NCBI GenBank assembly: GCA_018657495.1
Contig: JABHXA010000002.1
Location: forward strand, 5,472-69,471
From: Fidelibacterota bacterium
GTDB taxonomy: Bacteria > Fidelibacterota > Marinisomatia > SCGC-AAA003-L08 > JACNLC01
Direction: 5' to 3'
DNA: 64,000 nucleotides
Position 1 is the stretch's first letter; every line of letters starts with the position of its first letter. The notes below the pieces were generated by a model. That model was not told the origin of the DNA. It did no database searches and worked only from the letters and a program-made list of their open reading frames with translations. Shown piece after piece: positions 8,813-18,925 of this stretch. Position numbers and translations under genes: made by a program.

Positions 8813-9976
8813 ATGAAAAGTAGCGTTATTAAATGGCTCGTAGCCATTGGCATTCTAGTAGTTGGTGCAATTGTAATGACCACATTGGGCTCCACTGAAA
8901 AAGAAACAAAAAAAAGAGACCCAAAGGAAAGTATAAGAAAGGTTGAAATTCAAACTATTGAATTTAATGACTTTCAAATTAAAATTGATGGTAATGGAAT
9001 TGTCAAATCTCAAACTTCCATCGATGTCATTGCTGAAGCCACAGGTCTTTTAGTATATACAAAATCCAATTTAAAAAATGGTACACTGGTTAGCGCCGGA
9101 GAAATATTAGCTGAATTAAATTCAGAAGAGGCACAGAATACAGTGAAATCATTGCGTGCTGATTTTATGAACACTTTATCTTCAATGCTGCCACCAATAA
9201 AACTGGAAAAAAACGAGTTATTCCAAAAATGGGAAACTTATTTCGCAGGATTATCCATAAAACTAACTGTCCCGGAATTACCTGAGCCTGTAAATGATCG
9301 CGAAAAATTGATGCTCAGCAGTTATAGAATATATTCTTCTTATTATGCGGTAAAGAATGCTGAGTTTAAATTGTCAAAACATACAATTTTATCACCGGTT
9401 ACCGGCGTAATTCGATCAAATGGAATCATAACCGGCAGTTTTGTTTCAACAGGTCAGAAACTGGTGACGGTAATCGATTATAAACATGTTGAAGTATCAG
9501 TCCCATTATTGATTGATGATGCAGCATGGATCGATTTTGATACCCATCCACCGGTAAAAATATTTATTGGTGGAACGAAGATGAACTGGGTGACCGGACA
9601 AGTTGTTAGAAAAGATTTCACATTGAATCCCAACTCACAAACTGTAAATATCCATGTGAACTATGTAAACGAAGATGAGATTGACTCCCTTCTACCAGGC
9701 AATTATGTCGACATACAGTTTTTAGGTAAGATATTAAATTCTGTGGCAATTATCCCCAGATCAAATCTTGTAGAAGATACATTTATATATGCGATGGAAG
9801 ATGGACAATTAACAAAAGTACTTGTAGATGTTATCTCATACCAGCAGGATATTGTTCTACTGTCAAATACTATTCCTGCTGGTACAAAACTCATAACCTC
9901 TCTCTTGCAGAAACCACTAATTGGCATGCCGGTGACTGATAATGGAATCCATGAAAAAGAGGATATTACTGAATGA
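8813..9976 (+). CDS. RND efflux periplasmic adaptor (membrane fusion protein, HlyD family)
   Basis: N-terminal TM anchor (WLVAIGILVVGAIVMTTL), lipoyl/hairpin-type motif (HTILSPVTGVIRSNG), and a 4-nt ATGA overlap with the downstream RND permease. Confidence 0.8.
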   Translation: MKSSVIKWLVAIGILVVGAIVMTTLGSTEKETKKRDPKESIRKVEIQTIEFNDFQIKIDGNGIVKSQTSIDVIAEATGLLVYTKSNLKNGTLVSAGEILAELNSEEAQNTVKSLRADFMNTLSSMLPPIKLEKNELFQKWETYFAGLSIKLTVPELPEPVNDREKLMLSSYRIYSSYYAVKNAEFKLSKHTILSPVTGVIRSNGIITGSFVSTGQKLVTVIDYKHVEVSVPLLIDDAAWIDFDTHPPVKIFIGGTKMNWVTGQVVRKDFTLNPNSQTVNIHVNYVNEDEIDSLLPGNYVDIQFLGKILNSVAIIPRSNLVEDTFIYAMEDGQLTKVLVDVISYQQDIVLLSNTIPAGTKLITSLLQKPLIGMPVTDNGIHEKEDITE

Positions 9977-12900
9977 ATATTAAGAACCTGATTAAATATT
10001 TCATCCGTCATTCCATATTATCAAATTGGATTATGATTGTCATTGCAATTGCCGGCGTATTCGCTGTTTTCAATCTAAAGACCAGAATTGATCCGAAAAT
10101 TGAGAGGAGAGAAATCAATGTCGATATACCCTTTCCAGGTGCTTCTCCCATCGAAGTAGAAGAAGGGATAATAACAAAAATTGAGGAAGCACTGCGGGGA
10201 GTAGATGGAATAGATGAGATAAACTCTACCAGCATGGACAATTATGGGTCTCTGGTTATTGAGATTGATGATGGTTACATAATTGATCGTGCCATACAGG
10301 ATATAAAAAATTCAGTGAATTCTATCAGTTCATATCCAATCAACGCCGAAAAACCAGTAGTATATCAGAATACGGGGTGGAATCGGGCAATAATGTTGAG
10401 CATAAATGGGCCGGAGGATTTATATGTTATAAAAAAAATTGTCGATGAATTCAGAGATGAGTTACTCAAAACAGGGAAGATGTCCCAATTTATGATTTGG
10501 GGAATACCAACAAGGGAAATTTCCATCGAAATATCCCCGGATGAGTTGATACGTCATCAGCTTACTATCGAAGATATAACTTCGGCGATTCTTAGTTCAA
10601 ATCTCAATATTTCAGCTGGGTCTGTTCTTACTGAACAGGAACAGATCATGATTAGATCATATGGTCGAAAATATTATGTAGACGAATTCGTAAATATCGA
10701 GCTAATCTCCTCTCTCAGCGGCGAGAGGAAAAAATTATCAGATATTTGTGATGTGAAGGAGAAATGGCCTGAAAATCGATTTTATTCTGAATTCAACGGG
10801 AATCGATCTGTGATGTTTAATGTGATGTACAGTAATAATGAAGATGTGGTTGAGATAGTTGAAATCACCGAAAATATTGCTGCCAAAATGGAATTGAAAT
10901 ATGGGGGACTAGTCAAATTTGATACATTTATAAGGGAAACTGATGATCTGGTTGAAAGGCTGACTTTATTGACCCAAAGCGGTTTACTTGGATTCGGTTT
11001 TATTATTATAACATTGGGGCTTTTTCTAAACTTGCGAATGGCATTTTGGGTTTCTCTTGGGATACCAATTTCCTTTCTTGGTCTGTTTTTTATTTTGTGG
11101 ATATTTGGAATTAGTATCAATCAAATGTCCTTATTTGGAATGATCCTCGTCGTTGGAATACTGGTGGATGATGGTATTATTATTGGTGAGTCAATATTCT
11201 CCCATTATGAAAAAGGTAAAAAACCGATCCAGGCTGCTATTGACGGAACAGCCGAAGTGATAAAACCTGTGGCAATTGCTGTGATTACAACTATGATTGC
11301 ATTTATGCCATATTTTTATTTTTATGGAGAATTGGGAAATCATGTCTGGCAGGTAGGTGCAGTAGTCATTATCAGTCTGGCATTTTCTCTTGTTGAAGCG
11401 GTTATTATCTTACCGGGACATATTGGTCATTCTGGAGCAATTCGGGCTACAAACACAAAGAATCAGCAGGGTGCTGCCAGTGAATTCAGGGATACTTTAA
11501 CAAAATACTCAGATTATCTTGTTAATGTCTTTTATAAAAAGCTTCTTTCTTTTTCTCTGGAATACCGTTGGGGTGTTTCAGCGGGTATTGCGGCCATGAT
11601 AATGGTTATTGCGGGATTATTTATGGGGACTCATGTAAAAGCACAATTTTTCCCTGAGATTGAATTTCCATTTGCTCGTATTAGAGTTGAAATGCCGGCA
11701 GGAACGGCTTCAGAGGTTGCCAGTCAGGTTCGATATAAGGTTATTGATAAAGCCCTCGAATTTGCCAAAATTAAAGAAGAGGAAACAGGGGTAAATCCGA
11801 TTCAGAATTATTCATCATGGTATGGCGGTAGTGTAAATATTTTTCTTGATTTGATCCCCGGGGACGAAAGGGATTGGTCTGTTAGAGAATTTTCAGCAGA
11901 GTTGAGTGAATATATCGGCGAAGTTTCTGAAGCTGAGAATGTTATAATAGGCTCATCAAATTTTGGAGGAAATCCAATTTCTGTAAAATTCCTCAGTTCA
12001 AATTATGATCAGCTGATGCTTGCCAAGAAACTGATGAGATCTGAACTTCAGAAAATTGCCGGTGTCAAGGATATCCAAGACGATACTCCAATGGGGAATA
12101 ATGAATTTCTTATCCATCTCAAATCAAATGCCAAGGCATTGGGTCTTACGCTGAGGGACGTAACCACTCAATTGCGGCAGGGATTCTATGGACAAGAGGT
12201 CATGAGGCTTCAGCGGGGTAGAGATGAAATGAAAGTCTGGGTTAGATTTGATGAGCAAAACAGAGTATCCATCAGTCAGATTGAAAATCTTAAAATTCGC
12301 ACTCCAAATGGAGATTATATCCCATTTAAAAAAATTGCCACATATGAGATAAAGAGGGGAATTAAAAGGATTCGTCACGAAGATGGATATCGGTCTGTAA
12401 AAGTTTATGCCAATCTGGACTATTCAAAAAATGAACTAGGTGTGATTATAAATGAATTGAAAGATGTGATTATTCCAAGAGTACTGGCTCAAACAGATAA
12501 TGTGACCCAAAGCATTGGAGGTCAGGCAGAATATGTGGACAAAATGACAAATTCGATCAAATTTACTATGGCCATGGCAGCAGTTGGGATTTTTACAGTT
12601 CTGATGTTTTTACTAAAATCTTATGTTCAGACGATGCTGATAATGAGCCTCATCCCACTTGGAATTATTGGTGCCGTATTTGGGCATTATTTGCGAGGAA
12701 TTCCGGTATCGATATTATCTTTTCTTGGCATTGTAGCCCTCGCTGGGATTATTATTAATGATTCTGTTGTTCTTCTCGATAAATATAATAGAATGATTAA
12801 AAGTGGGTTGAGTGTAAAAGACTCATTATTAAGTGCTGGAATGGCTCGGTTTCGTCCCATCTTGCTCACAACAATTACAACCGCTGCTGGTTTATCTCCG

Positions 12901-13125
12901 TTAATTGCTCAAAGGAGTGAACAGGGGCAATGGCTTGTACCAATGGCTGTTTCTGTTGCAGCAGGGCTAGTTTTTGGAACAGTTCTTACATTGCTTATGC
13001 TGCCATCCTCCATATACTGCATTAGCGATTTACGGGTTTTATGGAATAAGTTCTTGACAGTATTCGGGAAGCCGATAAAAGATAGAGATGCATTGGAACC
13101 TGCTAATACAGGGTCATCAATTTGA
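9973..13125 (+). CDS. RND efflux transporter permease (AcrB/AcrD/AcrF family)
   Basis: 1050 aa with two blocks of TM helices alternating with large loops. The TM4 motif VGILVDDGIIIGESI corresponds to AcrB LVDDAIVVVEN. The C-terminal half repeats the pattern (GIIINDSVVLLD). Confidence 0.9.
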   Translation: MNIKNLIKYFIRHSILSNWIMIVIAIAGVFAVFNLKTRIDPKIERREINVDIPFPGASPIEVEEGIITKIEEALRGVDGIDEINSTSMDNYGSLVIEIDDGYIIDRAIQDIKNSVNSISSYPINAEKPVVYQNTGWNRAIMLSINGPEDLYVIKKIVDEFRDELLKTGKMSQFMIWGIPTREISIEISPDELIRHQLTIEDITSAILSSNLNISAGSVLTEQEQIMIRSYGRKYYVDEFVNIELISSLSGERKKLSDICDVKEKWPENRFYSEFNGNRSVMFNVMYSNNEDVVEIVEITENIAAKMELKYGGLVKFDTFIRETDDLVERLTLLTQSGLLGFGFIIITLGLFLNLRMAFWVSLGIPISFLGLFFILWIFGISINQMSLFGMILVVGILVDDGIIIGESIFSHYEKGKKPIQAAIDGTAEVIKPVAIAVITTMIAFMPYFYFYGELGNHVWQVGAVVIISLAFSLVEAVIILPGHIGHSGAIRATNTKNQQGAASEFRDTLTKYSDYLVNVFYKKLLSFSLEYRWGVSAGIAAMIMVIAGLFMGTHVKAQFFPEIEFPFARIRVEMPAGTASEVASQVRYKVIDKALEFAKIKEEETGVNPIQNYSSWYGGSVNIFLDLIPGDERDWSVREFSAELSEYIGEVSEAENVIIGSSNFGGNPISVKFLSSNYDQLMLAKKLMRSELQKIAGVKDIQDDTPMGNNEFLIHLKSNAKALGLTLRDVTTQLRQGFYGQEVMRLQRGRDEMKVWVRFDEQNRVSISQIENLKIRTPNGDYIPFKKIATYEIKRGIKRIRHEDGYRSVKVYANLDYSKNELGVIINELKDVIIPRVLAQTDNVTQSIGGQAEYVDKMTNSIKFTMAMAAVGIFTVLMFLLKSYVQTMLIMSLIPLGIIGAVFGHYLRGIPVSILSFLGIVALAGIIINDSVVLLDKYNRMIKSGLSVKDSLLSAGMARFRPILLTTITTAAGLSPLIAQRSEQGQWLVPMAVSVAAGLVFGTVLTLLMLPSSIYCISDLRVLWNKFLTVFGKPIKDRDALEPANTGSSI

Positions 13126-13134
13126 ACTAAAAAC

Positions 13135-14253
13135 TTAACCGAGAGAAGTACCAACCAGCCTTGCTGAATTTACCCATGGATGATCTTTTGTCACTAATTT
13201 TTTAACACCAGCCACCTGTGAAAGTGGAATTGCTTTTGTACCATCGCCATCAGCGGCGACCATGACCCCATAAACCTTTTCATTAAGTAATTTTGCGCAT
13301 GCAGTACCTAGATGTGTGGCAAGTACCCGGTCAGCTGAAGATGGCGTTCCACCTCTTTGCACATGTCCGAGAATTGTCAATCTTGATTCAAGTCCAGTGA
13401 ATTCTTCAAGTTTATTGGTTAGCTCCATAGTATGTGAAACATGTTTTCTATGGAAATTTTTCAACTGGTCTGAAGCTAATATTTTTTCACCCTTTGTCTC
13501 TGCACGGTTTTTCTTTTCAACAAGTTTGTTCACTTTTGCAGCTTGCATAATTGACATAGCGCCTTCAGCAACGGCGACAATACTGAAGTTTTTCCCTTCT
13601 CGGGCACGTGTTAAGATAGTATCTGAAACATGATTTATATCATAGGGGATTTCAGGGATAAGTATTACATCGGCACCACCGGCAATGCCGGAACCAAGTG
13701 CGAGCCAACCGGCTCGATGTCCCATAATCTCCACTACGATTATTCTATTATGGCTCATAGCAGTTGAATGAAGTCGATCAATAGCCGATGTAGCGATACT
13801 CATGGCAGTATCAAATCCAAAAGAGATATCAGTAAATGCCACATCATTGTCAATTGTTTTTGGCAGGGTGATAATATTTAGTCCTGCCTCCTGAAGTTTT
13901 AGGGCATTTTTCTGAGTGCCGCCACCACCAATACAGACAAGTGCGTCAAGTTGATGCCGATGGTAATTCTCAACGATGGCGTCAATCATATTCATGATTT
14001 TACCACCAATTGGCATTCTATGTGGTTTATCTCGGCTAGTACCAAGAATAGTGCCGCCATCAGCAAGAATGCCGGACAGTAGCTTGTTTTCCAGACGGAG
14101 GGTACGATTTTGAACGATACCGCGGAATCCATTCAGGAATCCTATGAAACTCATATTAAAGTTTTGCTGCCCGGCACGAGCAACACCTCGGATGGCTGCA
14201 TTGAGTCCGGGACAATCACCGCCACTTGTTAAAATACCAATTTGTTTTTTCAT
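13135..14253 (-). CDS. pfkA: 6-phosphofructokinase; phosphoryl donor (ATP or PPi) not decidable from sequence
   Basis: [48 protein letters not shown] and GHVQRGG align colinearly by eye with E. coli PfkA. Confidence 0.9.
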   Translation of the reverse strand: MKKQIGILTSGGDCPGLNAAIRGVARAGQQNFNMSFIGFLNGFRGIVQNRTLRLENKLLSGILADGGTILGTSRDKPHRMPIGGKIMNMIDAIVENYHRHQLDALVCIGGGGTQKNALKLQEAGLNIITLPKTIDNDVAFTDISFGFDTAMSIATSAIDRLHSTAMSHNRIIVVEIMGHRAGWLALGSGIAGGADVILIPEIPYDINHVSDTILTRAREGKNFSIVAVAEGAMSIMQAAKVNKLVEKKNRAETKGEKILASDQLKNFHRKHVSHTMELTNKLEEFTGLESRLTILGHVQRGGTPSSADRVLATHLGTACAKLLNEKVYGVMVAADGDGTKAIPLSQVAGVKKLVTKDHPWVNSARLVGTSLG

Positions 14254-14303
14254 AAATCCATTGATTGATTACGTGAATGGACCTTGGGTAACATGTAGGT
14301 TAA

Positions 14304-15350
14304 TTACGCCATCATCACGCCATTTTTCTGATCTTCTTTAACTTTATACATCGCCGCATCGGCAATTTGTACCAATCCGGCAGGGTCATTAGCATCTTCC
14401 GGGATAGCAGCAATACCAAAACTTGCAGTAATTTTCACATTAATGCCTTCATCGATCAAAAATTCAGTTGAATTGATTATTTCTCTTATTTTCATTGCTA
14501 CCTGATATGCCGATTTTTTTGTGGTTTGCGGCATAACAATCACAAACTCATCCCCACCAAATCTGCATGCTATATCAACTCGTCTAATATTCTTGTGTAA
14601 TAAATCACCAAATTCTTTGAGAATTTTACTGCCGCATAAATGACCATGATTATCATTGATAAATTTAAATCCATCAAGATCAATGAAAATTAATGAAAGA
14701 CTGGAAAGATACCGACGACAAATTTCACTTTCATATTCCAAAAATCGATTTAGGTACCTGGAGTTAAATAATCCTGTTAAATCGTCAGTTATGGTCATAT
14801 TTTTTATTTTACTCACATAACGGGCGTTTTCAATAGCGATGGCAGCGTAATCAGTGATTGTTGTTAGTAATGCGAAATCATTATGGATAAATGTTTCATC
14901 ATCGACAATATTAATAAATTCGATTACACCAAGAATTTTATTCTTGCTCTTGAGCGGAATACAAACAATTGATTTTGTCTCGTTTCCACTAATATGATCC
15001 AACTTCGATGAGAATCGAGTATCGGTTGATACATCAGGTATGATGAGAAATTTCCCTTCTTTTGCAACCCAACCTGCAATACCTTCACCAATATTTAGTC
15101 TCTCGTCTTTGATAGAATCTGCATTATCACCGACAATTATTTTAAAATACAATTGGTTGCTGTATTCATCCAATAATAATAATGACCACTGCTGGGGATT
15201 AACCATTTCGCGAATGGTATCCACTATCGTTTTAATCACTTCATCAACATCCAGGATGGAGGTCAGAGCCTTTCCTACTTCATTAAAAATAGGTAATGGT
15301 TTTAATTGGTTAATTTTTAAATTTTTGGGTTGCTTATCTCGTCTATTCAT
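14304..15350 (-). CDS. GAF domain diguanylate cyclase (GGDEF)
   Basis: An N-terminal GAF-like region (SLLLLDEYSNQLYF ... GIAGWVAKEGK) is followed by DDLTGLFNSRYL, DLDGFKFINDNHGH and an intact RFGGDEFVIVM active-site motif. Confidence 0.85.
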   Translation of the reverse strand: MNRRDKQPKNLKINQLKPLPIFNEVGKALTSILDVDEVIKTIVDTIREMVNPQQWSLLLLDEYSNQLYFKIIVGDNADSIKDERLNIGEGIAGWVAKEGKFLIIPDVSTDTRFSSKLDHISGNETKSIVCIPLKSKNKILGVIEFINIVDDETFIHNDFALLTTITDYAAIAIENARYVSKIKNMTITDDLTGLFNSRYLNRFLEYESEICRRYLSSLSLIFIDLDGFKFINDNHGHLCGSKILKEFGDLLHKNIRRVDIACRFGGDEFVIVMPQTTKKSAYQVAMKIREIINSTEFLIDEGINVKITASFGIAAIPEDANDPAGLVQIADAAMYKVKEDQKNGVMMA

Positions 15351-15371
15351 TTAATCTCAATTTTGTTTTAA

Positions 15372-16061
15372 TCAAACGCTAAACCGAATTTCAATTATAT
15401 CACTTGGTTGAACTATATAGTCCTTATCAACCAGCTTGGCGACGCCCTTTGATTTACATTCTTTAAAATTGTAATATTTAAAGTATTCTTCAAAGGGGAC
15501 TATATCGGCTCGAATAAAACCTCTTGCAAGATCAGAATGAATCTGGCCGGCGCATGTGACAATATCGGTATTTTTTTTGACAAACCAAGCATGTGATTCT
15601 GGTTGTCCGGATGTATAGAAGAACATGAAATTGCCCTTGTCAATTGCCAGAGAAATTATTGAATTGATATCATCATCCTGCTGAATTTTAATAACAGGTT
15701 TCAGACTAAAAAGGGCAAGTACAGTTAATACGTCTAATTCCTCTTGAGTAAAGGAACATTCTGAAAGGGGAATCTCATCTTCAAGATATTGCAGGGCAGT
15801 TTTGAGTATTTTTTGCTCATTTTCTTCTGTAATACGGTTGAGGCGTCCTTCAATTTTTTCCATATCAAAAATTAGTAAACTCAAGATATCATCTTCTGGT
15901 ATAGCAATAACATCAGCATGAACAAAACCTTCAAAGATAAATTCTGCAAAAAATGGAGCAATTTTCTTTGGTTTATCTTTATTCACTAATGCCGTCAATT
16001 GGCTATCATTATATTTATGTTTTCCTTCCGGTAATTCTATACCGGAAAATGCTATTTTCAT
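15372..16061 (-). CDS. YchF-like protein lacking a functional G domain (helical plus TGS-like/DUF933 C-terminal domains only)
   Basis: 229 aa versus about 363 aa for YchF. The C-terminus AGQIHSDLARGFIRADIVPFEEY ... DKDYIVQPSDIIEIRFSV aligns with E. coli YchF [23 protein letters not shown] ... GKDYIVKDGDVMNFLFNV. The N-terminus SGIELPEGKH replaces the Walker A motif GLPNVGKS. Confidence 0.6.
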   Translation of the reverse strand: MKIAFSGIELPEGKHKYNDSQLTALVNKDKPKKIAPFFAEFIFEGFVHADVIAIPEDDILSLLIFDMEKIEGRLNRITEENEQKILKTALQYLEDEIPLSECSFTQEELDVLTVLALFSLKPVIKIQQDDDINSIISLAIDKGNFMFFYTSGQPESHAWFVKKNTDIVTCAGQIHSDLARGFIRADIVPFEEYFKYYNFKECKSKGVAKLVDKDYIVQPSDIIEIRFSV

Positions 16062-16193
16062 TCATTTCCCTTTTGCAATGTATATGGAATTGATTAAAAG
16101 TTTATGTTCTTCACTGAAGCAATGAGAATAGATTAATATTTTTATGTCATACATGACAAACCGCAAATCATCTCATTTCTTTCAAATTAATTG

Positions 16194-16727
16194 TCAAGGA
16201 AGATCAAAATCTGGCTTTATTATAGAATTTATCCTCAATATTAAAGCATCGTACTTTTTCTGACGATTTGAATCTGGATCATCAACAGAGCTATGTGAAT
16301 CAATTCTATTGATATATGAATTTGGAAACTGATGGAATTTCCCGCCCAGCACAACTAGATCTTTGTACCAAGTAAAGGGTTTTAATTTCTTATCTATATA
16401 GCCTGGATGGGCGATATAGGTATAAACTTCAGTAATATTATCATTTATGGATACTTCAATATATTTGCGATTATAGCCCTTACCTTCAAATTTATCAAGA
16501 ATGAGAGAATCATTTTCTGAGATTTTATATACCACTCCATAAACTTCATCAGTGGAGGATGAAGGTAGGAGGGAGCATTTAGAAGAATTATCCTTGCCAA
16601 TTTTATTTAAAACTAATTGGTATCCTGATAATTTGCAGACTCCAATAAATTTCGCTGTGTGGATTCGGGATGTCAGTCTCAGTGGGTGAAGATTTGATCC
16701 ATAGGTGAAATATAATAAATGTGACAT
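16194..16727 (-). CDS. Gamma-glutamylcyclotransferase (GGCT/AIG2-like) family protein
   Basis: N-terminal YFTYGSNLHPLRL (YGSNL motif) and a mid-protein LDKFEG with a candidate catalytic Glu. Confidence 0.65.
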   Translation of the reverse strand: MSHLLYFTYGSNLHPLRLTSRIHTAKFIGVCKLSGYQLVLNKIGKDNSSKCSLLPSSSTDEVYGVVYKISENDSLILDKFEGKGYNRKYIEVSINDNITEVYTYIAHPGYIDKKLKPFTWYKDLVVLGGKFHQFPNSYINRIDSHSSVDDPDSNRQKKYDALILRINSIIKPDFDLP

Positions 16728-16783
16728 TTTCTTGCGAAATCAATATTGGAAGACTAATTATATTATAATCATGACTAGAAATG

Positions 16784-17545
16784 TCATGATCTCAAATATG
16801 ATGCTCCATTCACATCGATAATTGTACCTGTTGTAAACTTATTGTTTTCATCGGCAAGAAAAAGAACAGCCCTGGCAATATCATCCGGTTCGGCTACCTG
16901 ATTCATTGGGCTTTGGGCAATAATCTTTTTTCCATCATCACCTTTGAGATATTTTGCAGCCATATCGGTTTTTACAAAACCTGGTGCTACAATCCCGATG
17001 TAGATATTATAAGGTGCCAATGCCTGTGCCAGTGATTGACTAAAGGAATTCAAACCAGCCTTACTTGCCCCGTAAGCTGGGTGTGCAGGCTCACCCCTGA
17101 AAGCTCCCCTGGATGAAATCTGAATGATTTGACCTCCGCCATTTTTCATCATATGTTTTGCTCCGCAATATGTGATATTTGCTGGTCCTGTGAGATTTAC
17201 GGATATGGTTTTTTCCCATGCCTGCTGCCAATCATCATAGCTCACATCAGTTATGTTATGAGAAAGATAAATACCAGCATTGTTCACTAAAATATCCAGG
17301 CTGTTGAAATTCTCGATGGTTTTATTCACTGCGGAGGCAGCTTCTGCTGGATCGGAAATATCTGACTTTATGGCGATACATTTTGAAGAGGGAGATTCTG
17401 ATATAACTTTATTTGCTGCCTCATCCTCCTTAGCATAGGTAAATGCAACTCTTGCACCTTGATTAAGGAACATTTTTACAATGGCTTTGCCAATGCCACG
17501 TGATCCACCGGTGACGAGAACTGATTTATTATTAAAGGCTTTCAT
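16784..17545 (-). CDS. SDR family oxidoreductase (FabG-like)
   Basis: VTGGSRGIGKAI (TGxxxGIG), VNNAGI and YGASKAG (YxxxK). It overlaps the upstream hydrolase gene by 4 nt (ATGA). Confidence 0.85.
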   Translation of the reverse strand: MKAFNNKSVLVTGGSRGIGKAIVKMFLNQGARVAFTYAKEDEAANKVISESPSSKCIAIKSDISDPAEAASAVNKTIENFNSLDILVNNAGIYLSHNITDVSYDDWQQAWEKTISVNLTGPANITYCGAKHMMKNGGGQIIQISSRGAFRGEPAHPAYGASKAGLNSFSQSLAQALAPYNIYIGIVAPGFVKTDMAAKYLKGDDGKKIIAQSPMNQVAEPDDIARAVLFLADENNKFTTGTIIDVNGASYLRS

Positions 17546-18333
17546 TCGGTATTATTTTCCTTATACTGACTTAAAAATATAGTTACAGCCTGCCAATATT
17601 GCTCATTATCAGGAAATATTTCCCAAAGAGCCCTTGATCCATGATTTCCTGCAGTTTGCGGTAAAAAAAATGTCTTCTGCATTCCGGGTATACTCTCAAA
17701 GATATTCTTCCACTGGCCATGTTCATTAGATGCAGAGGTTATAAATGCAGGACATATTATATTTTTTGCAGAAGATTGAATAAAATTTGAGGATTCTCCA
17801 AATCGTTCAAAATATTCTCCTGGGGAGAAAGCTAATACACCACTGACAAACTTTTGATTATCTCCAGCAACCTTTAGTGTCAGGGAAGATGAATAGGAAC
17901 TTCCCCAAAGGATAATTTTATTTTCAGGATACATTTTATGAATAAAATCTAATGCTGCAGTGAGATCAGGCAGAGCATCAAGATAATTCGTGGATAATCC
18001 TGCAAGAAGTGCTCGTGAGTTTGTTTGGTTAATTATGCTGTTTACTTCACCACCACTACGTTGATCAACAGCGAGACATTGGAATCCCATCGCATTCAAC
18101 TTTGGAGCAATTTCAATATACTCACCCCGACTCCAACCTGCCTGATGATATAGAATAATAATTGGAGCCGTTGAATCGGATATAGAATACCAGTCGGCAG
18201 TTATCTCAAGATTATCTGCTGACTTAAAGGTTAGAATTTTGACATTAGATTCCTGACTATTTCCAATAACTATATTAATCCCACCAAAAATGATTAATAA
18301 ACAGGCATACTTCTTTATTTTATGTTTCATCAT
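17542..18333 (-). CDS. Secreted alpha/beta hydrolase (dienelactone-hydrolase-like)
   Basis: Signal peptide (YACLLIIFGGINIVIG), nucleophile-elbow-like ILWGSSYSSS and a late GNHGS histidine. Confidence 0.6.
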   Translation of the reverse strand: MMKHKIKKYACLLIIFGGINIVIGNSQESNVKILTFKSADNLEITADWYSISDSTAPIIILYHQAGWSRGEYIEIAPKLNAMGFQCLAVDQRSGGEVNSIINQTNSRALLAGLSTNYLDALPDLTAALDFIHKMYPENKIILWGSSYSSSLTLKVAGDNQKFVSGVLAFSPGEYFERFGESSNFIQSSAKNIICPAFITSASNEHGQWKNIFESIPGMQKTFFLPQTAGNHGSRALWEIFPDNEQYWQAVTIFLSQYKENNTE

Positions 18334-18415
18334 ATTTTGTTACCTTTTGTTATCCTCAATTATAAAATATTTTATACAATTTGCTGTTCAAACAAGTATG
18401 AAAGATGAAAAAGAA

Positions 18416-18916
18416 TCAAATCAAAATTTCGCACAGTATTTCATCCAAATATTCTTTATCAATTAGAATATGTTTTTTTAATACACCCACAATTCTAAAT
18501 CCGAGGGATTTATAGAATGATATTGCATCTGGATTATCTGAACGGATGATTGCTATTAGTTTGGAATATCCAAGTTGTTTAGATATTTTAACTGTCTCGT
18601 CAAATAGTTTTTTCCCAATTCCCAATCCTTGATGAGAGAATGAAACGAATGTGCCAATCTCAGCAACATGCTTTAATGAATCATTATACTTTGAGAATCG
18701 CTCGGTTAATTGAATTCCAACGGCTTTATCATCAGATTTCTTCACAGCGGTAAGGGATATTCCTGATTTTGAAACTTCATCAATCCATTCACTTAATTCT
18801 ATTGTCTCGAGAGGATCAGTAATTGCAGAATATTTCCGGGATTCTATTATGGGGTTAAGGAAATCCAGAATTGAAGGCACATCTTTCGCATCTGTATTCC
18901 TAACGATAAATTTCAT
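18416..18916 (-). CDS. GNAT family N-acetyltransferase
   Basis: 166 aa with the acetyl-CoA motif HQGLGIGKKLF and C-terminal FYKSLGFRIVG. It starts 9 nt after the stop of the upstream kinase. Confidence 0.75.
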   Translation of the reverse strand: MKFIVRNTDAKDVPSILDFLNPIIESRKYSAITDPLETIELSEWIDEVSKSGISLTAVKKSDDKAVGIQLTERFSKYNDSLKHVAEIGTFVSFSHQGLGIGKKLFDETVKISKQLGYSKLIAIIRSDNPDAISFYKSLGFRIVGVLKKHILIDKEYLDEILCEILI

Positions 18917-18925
18917 AATTTAATA

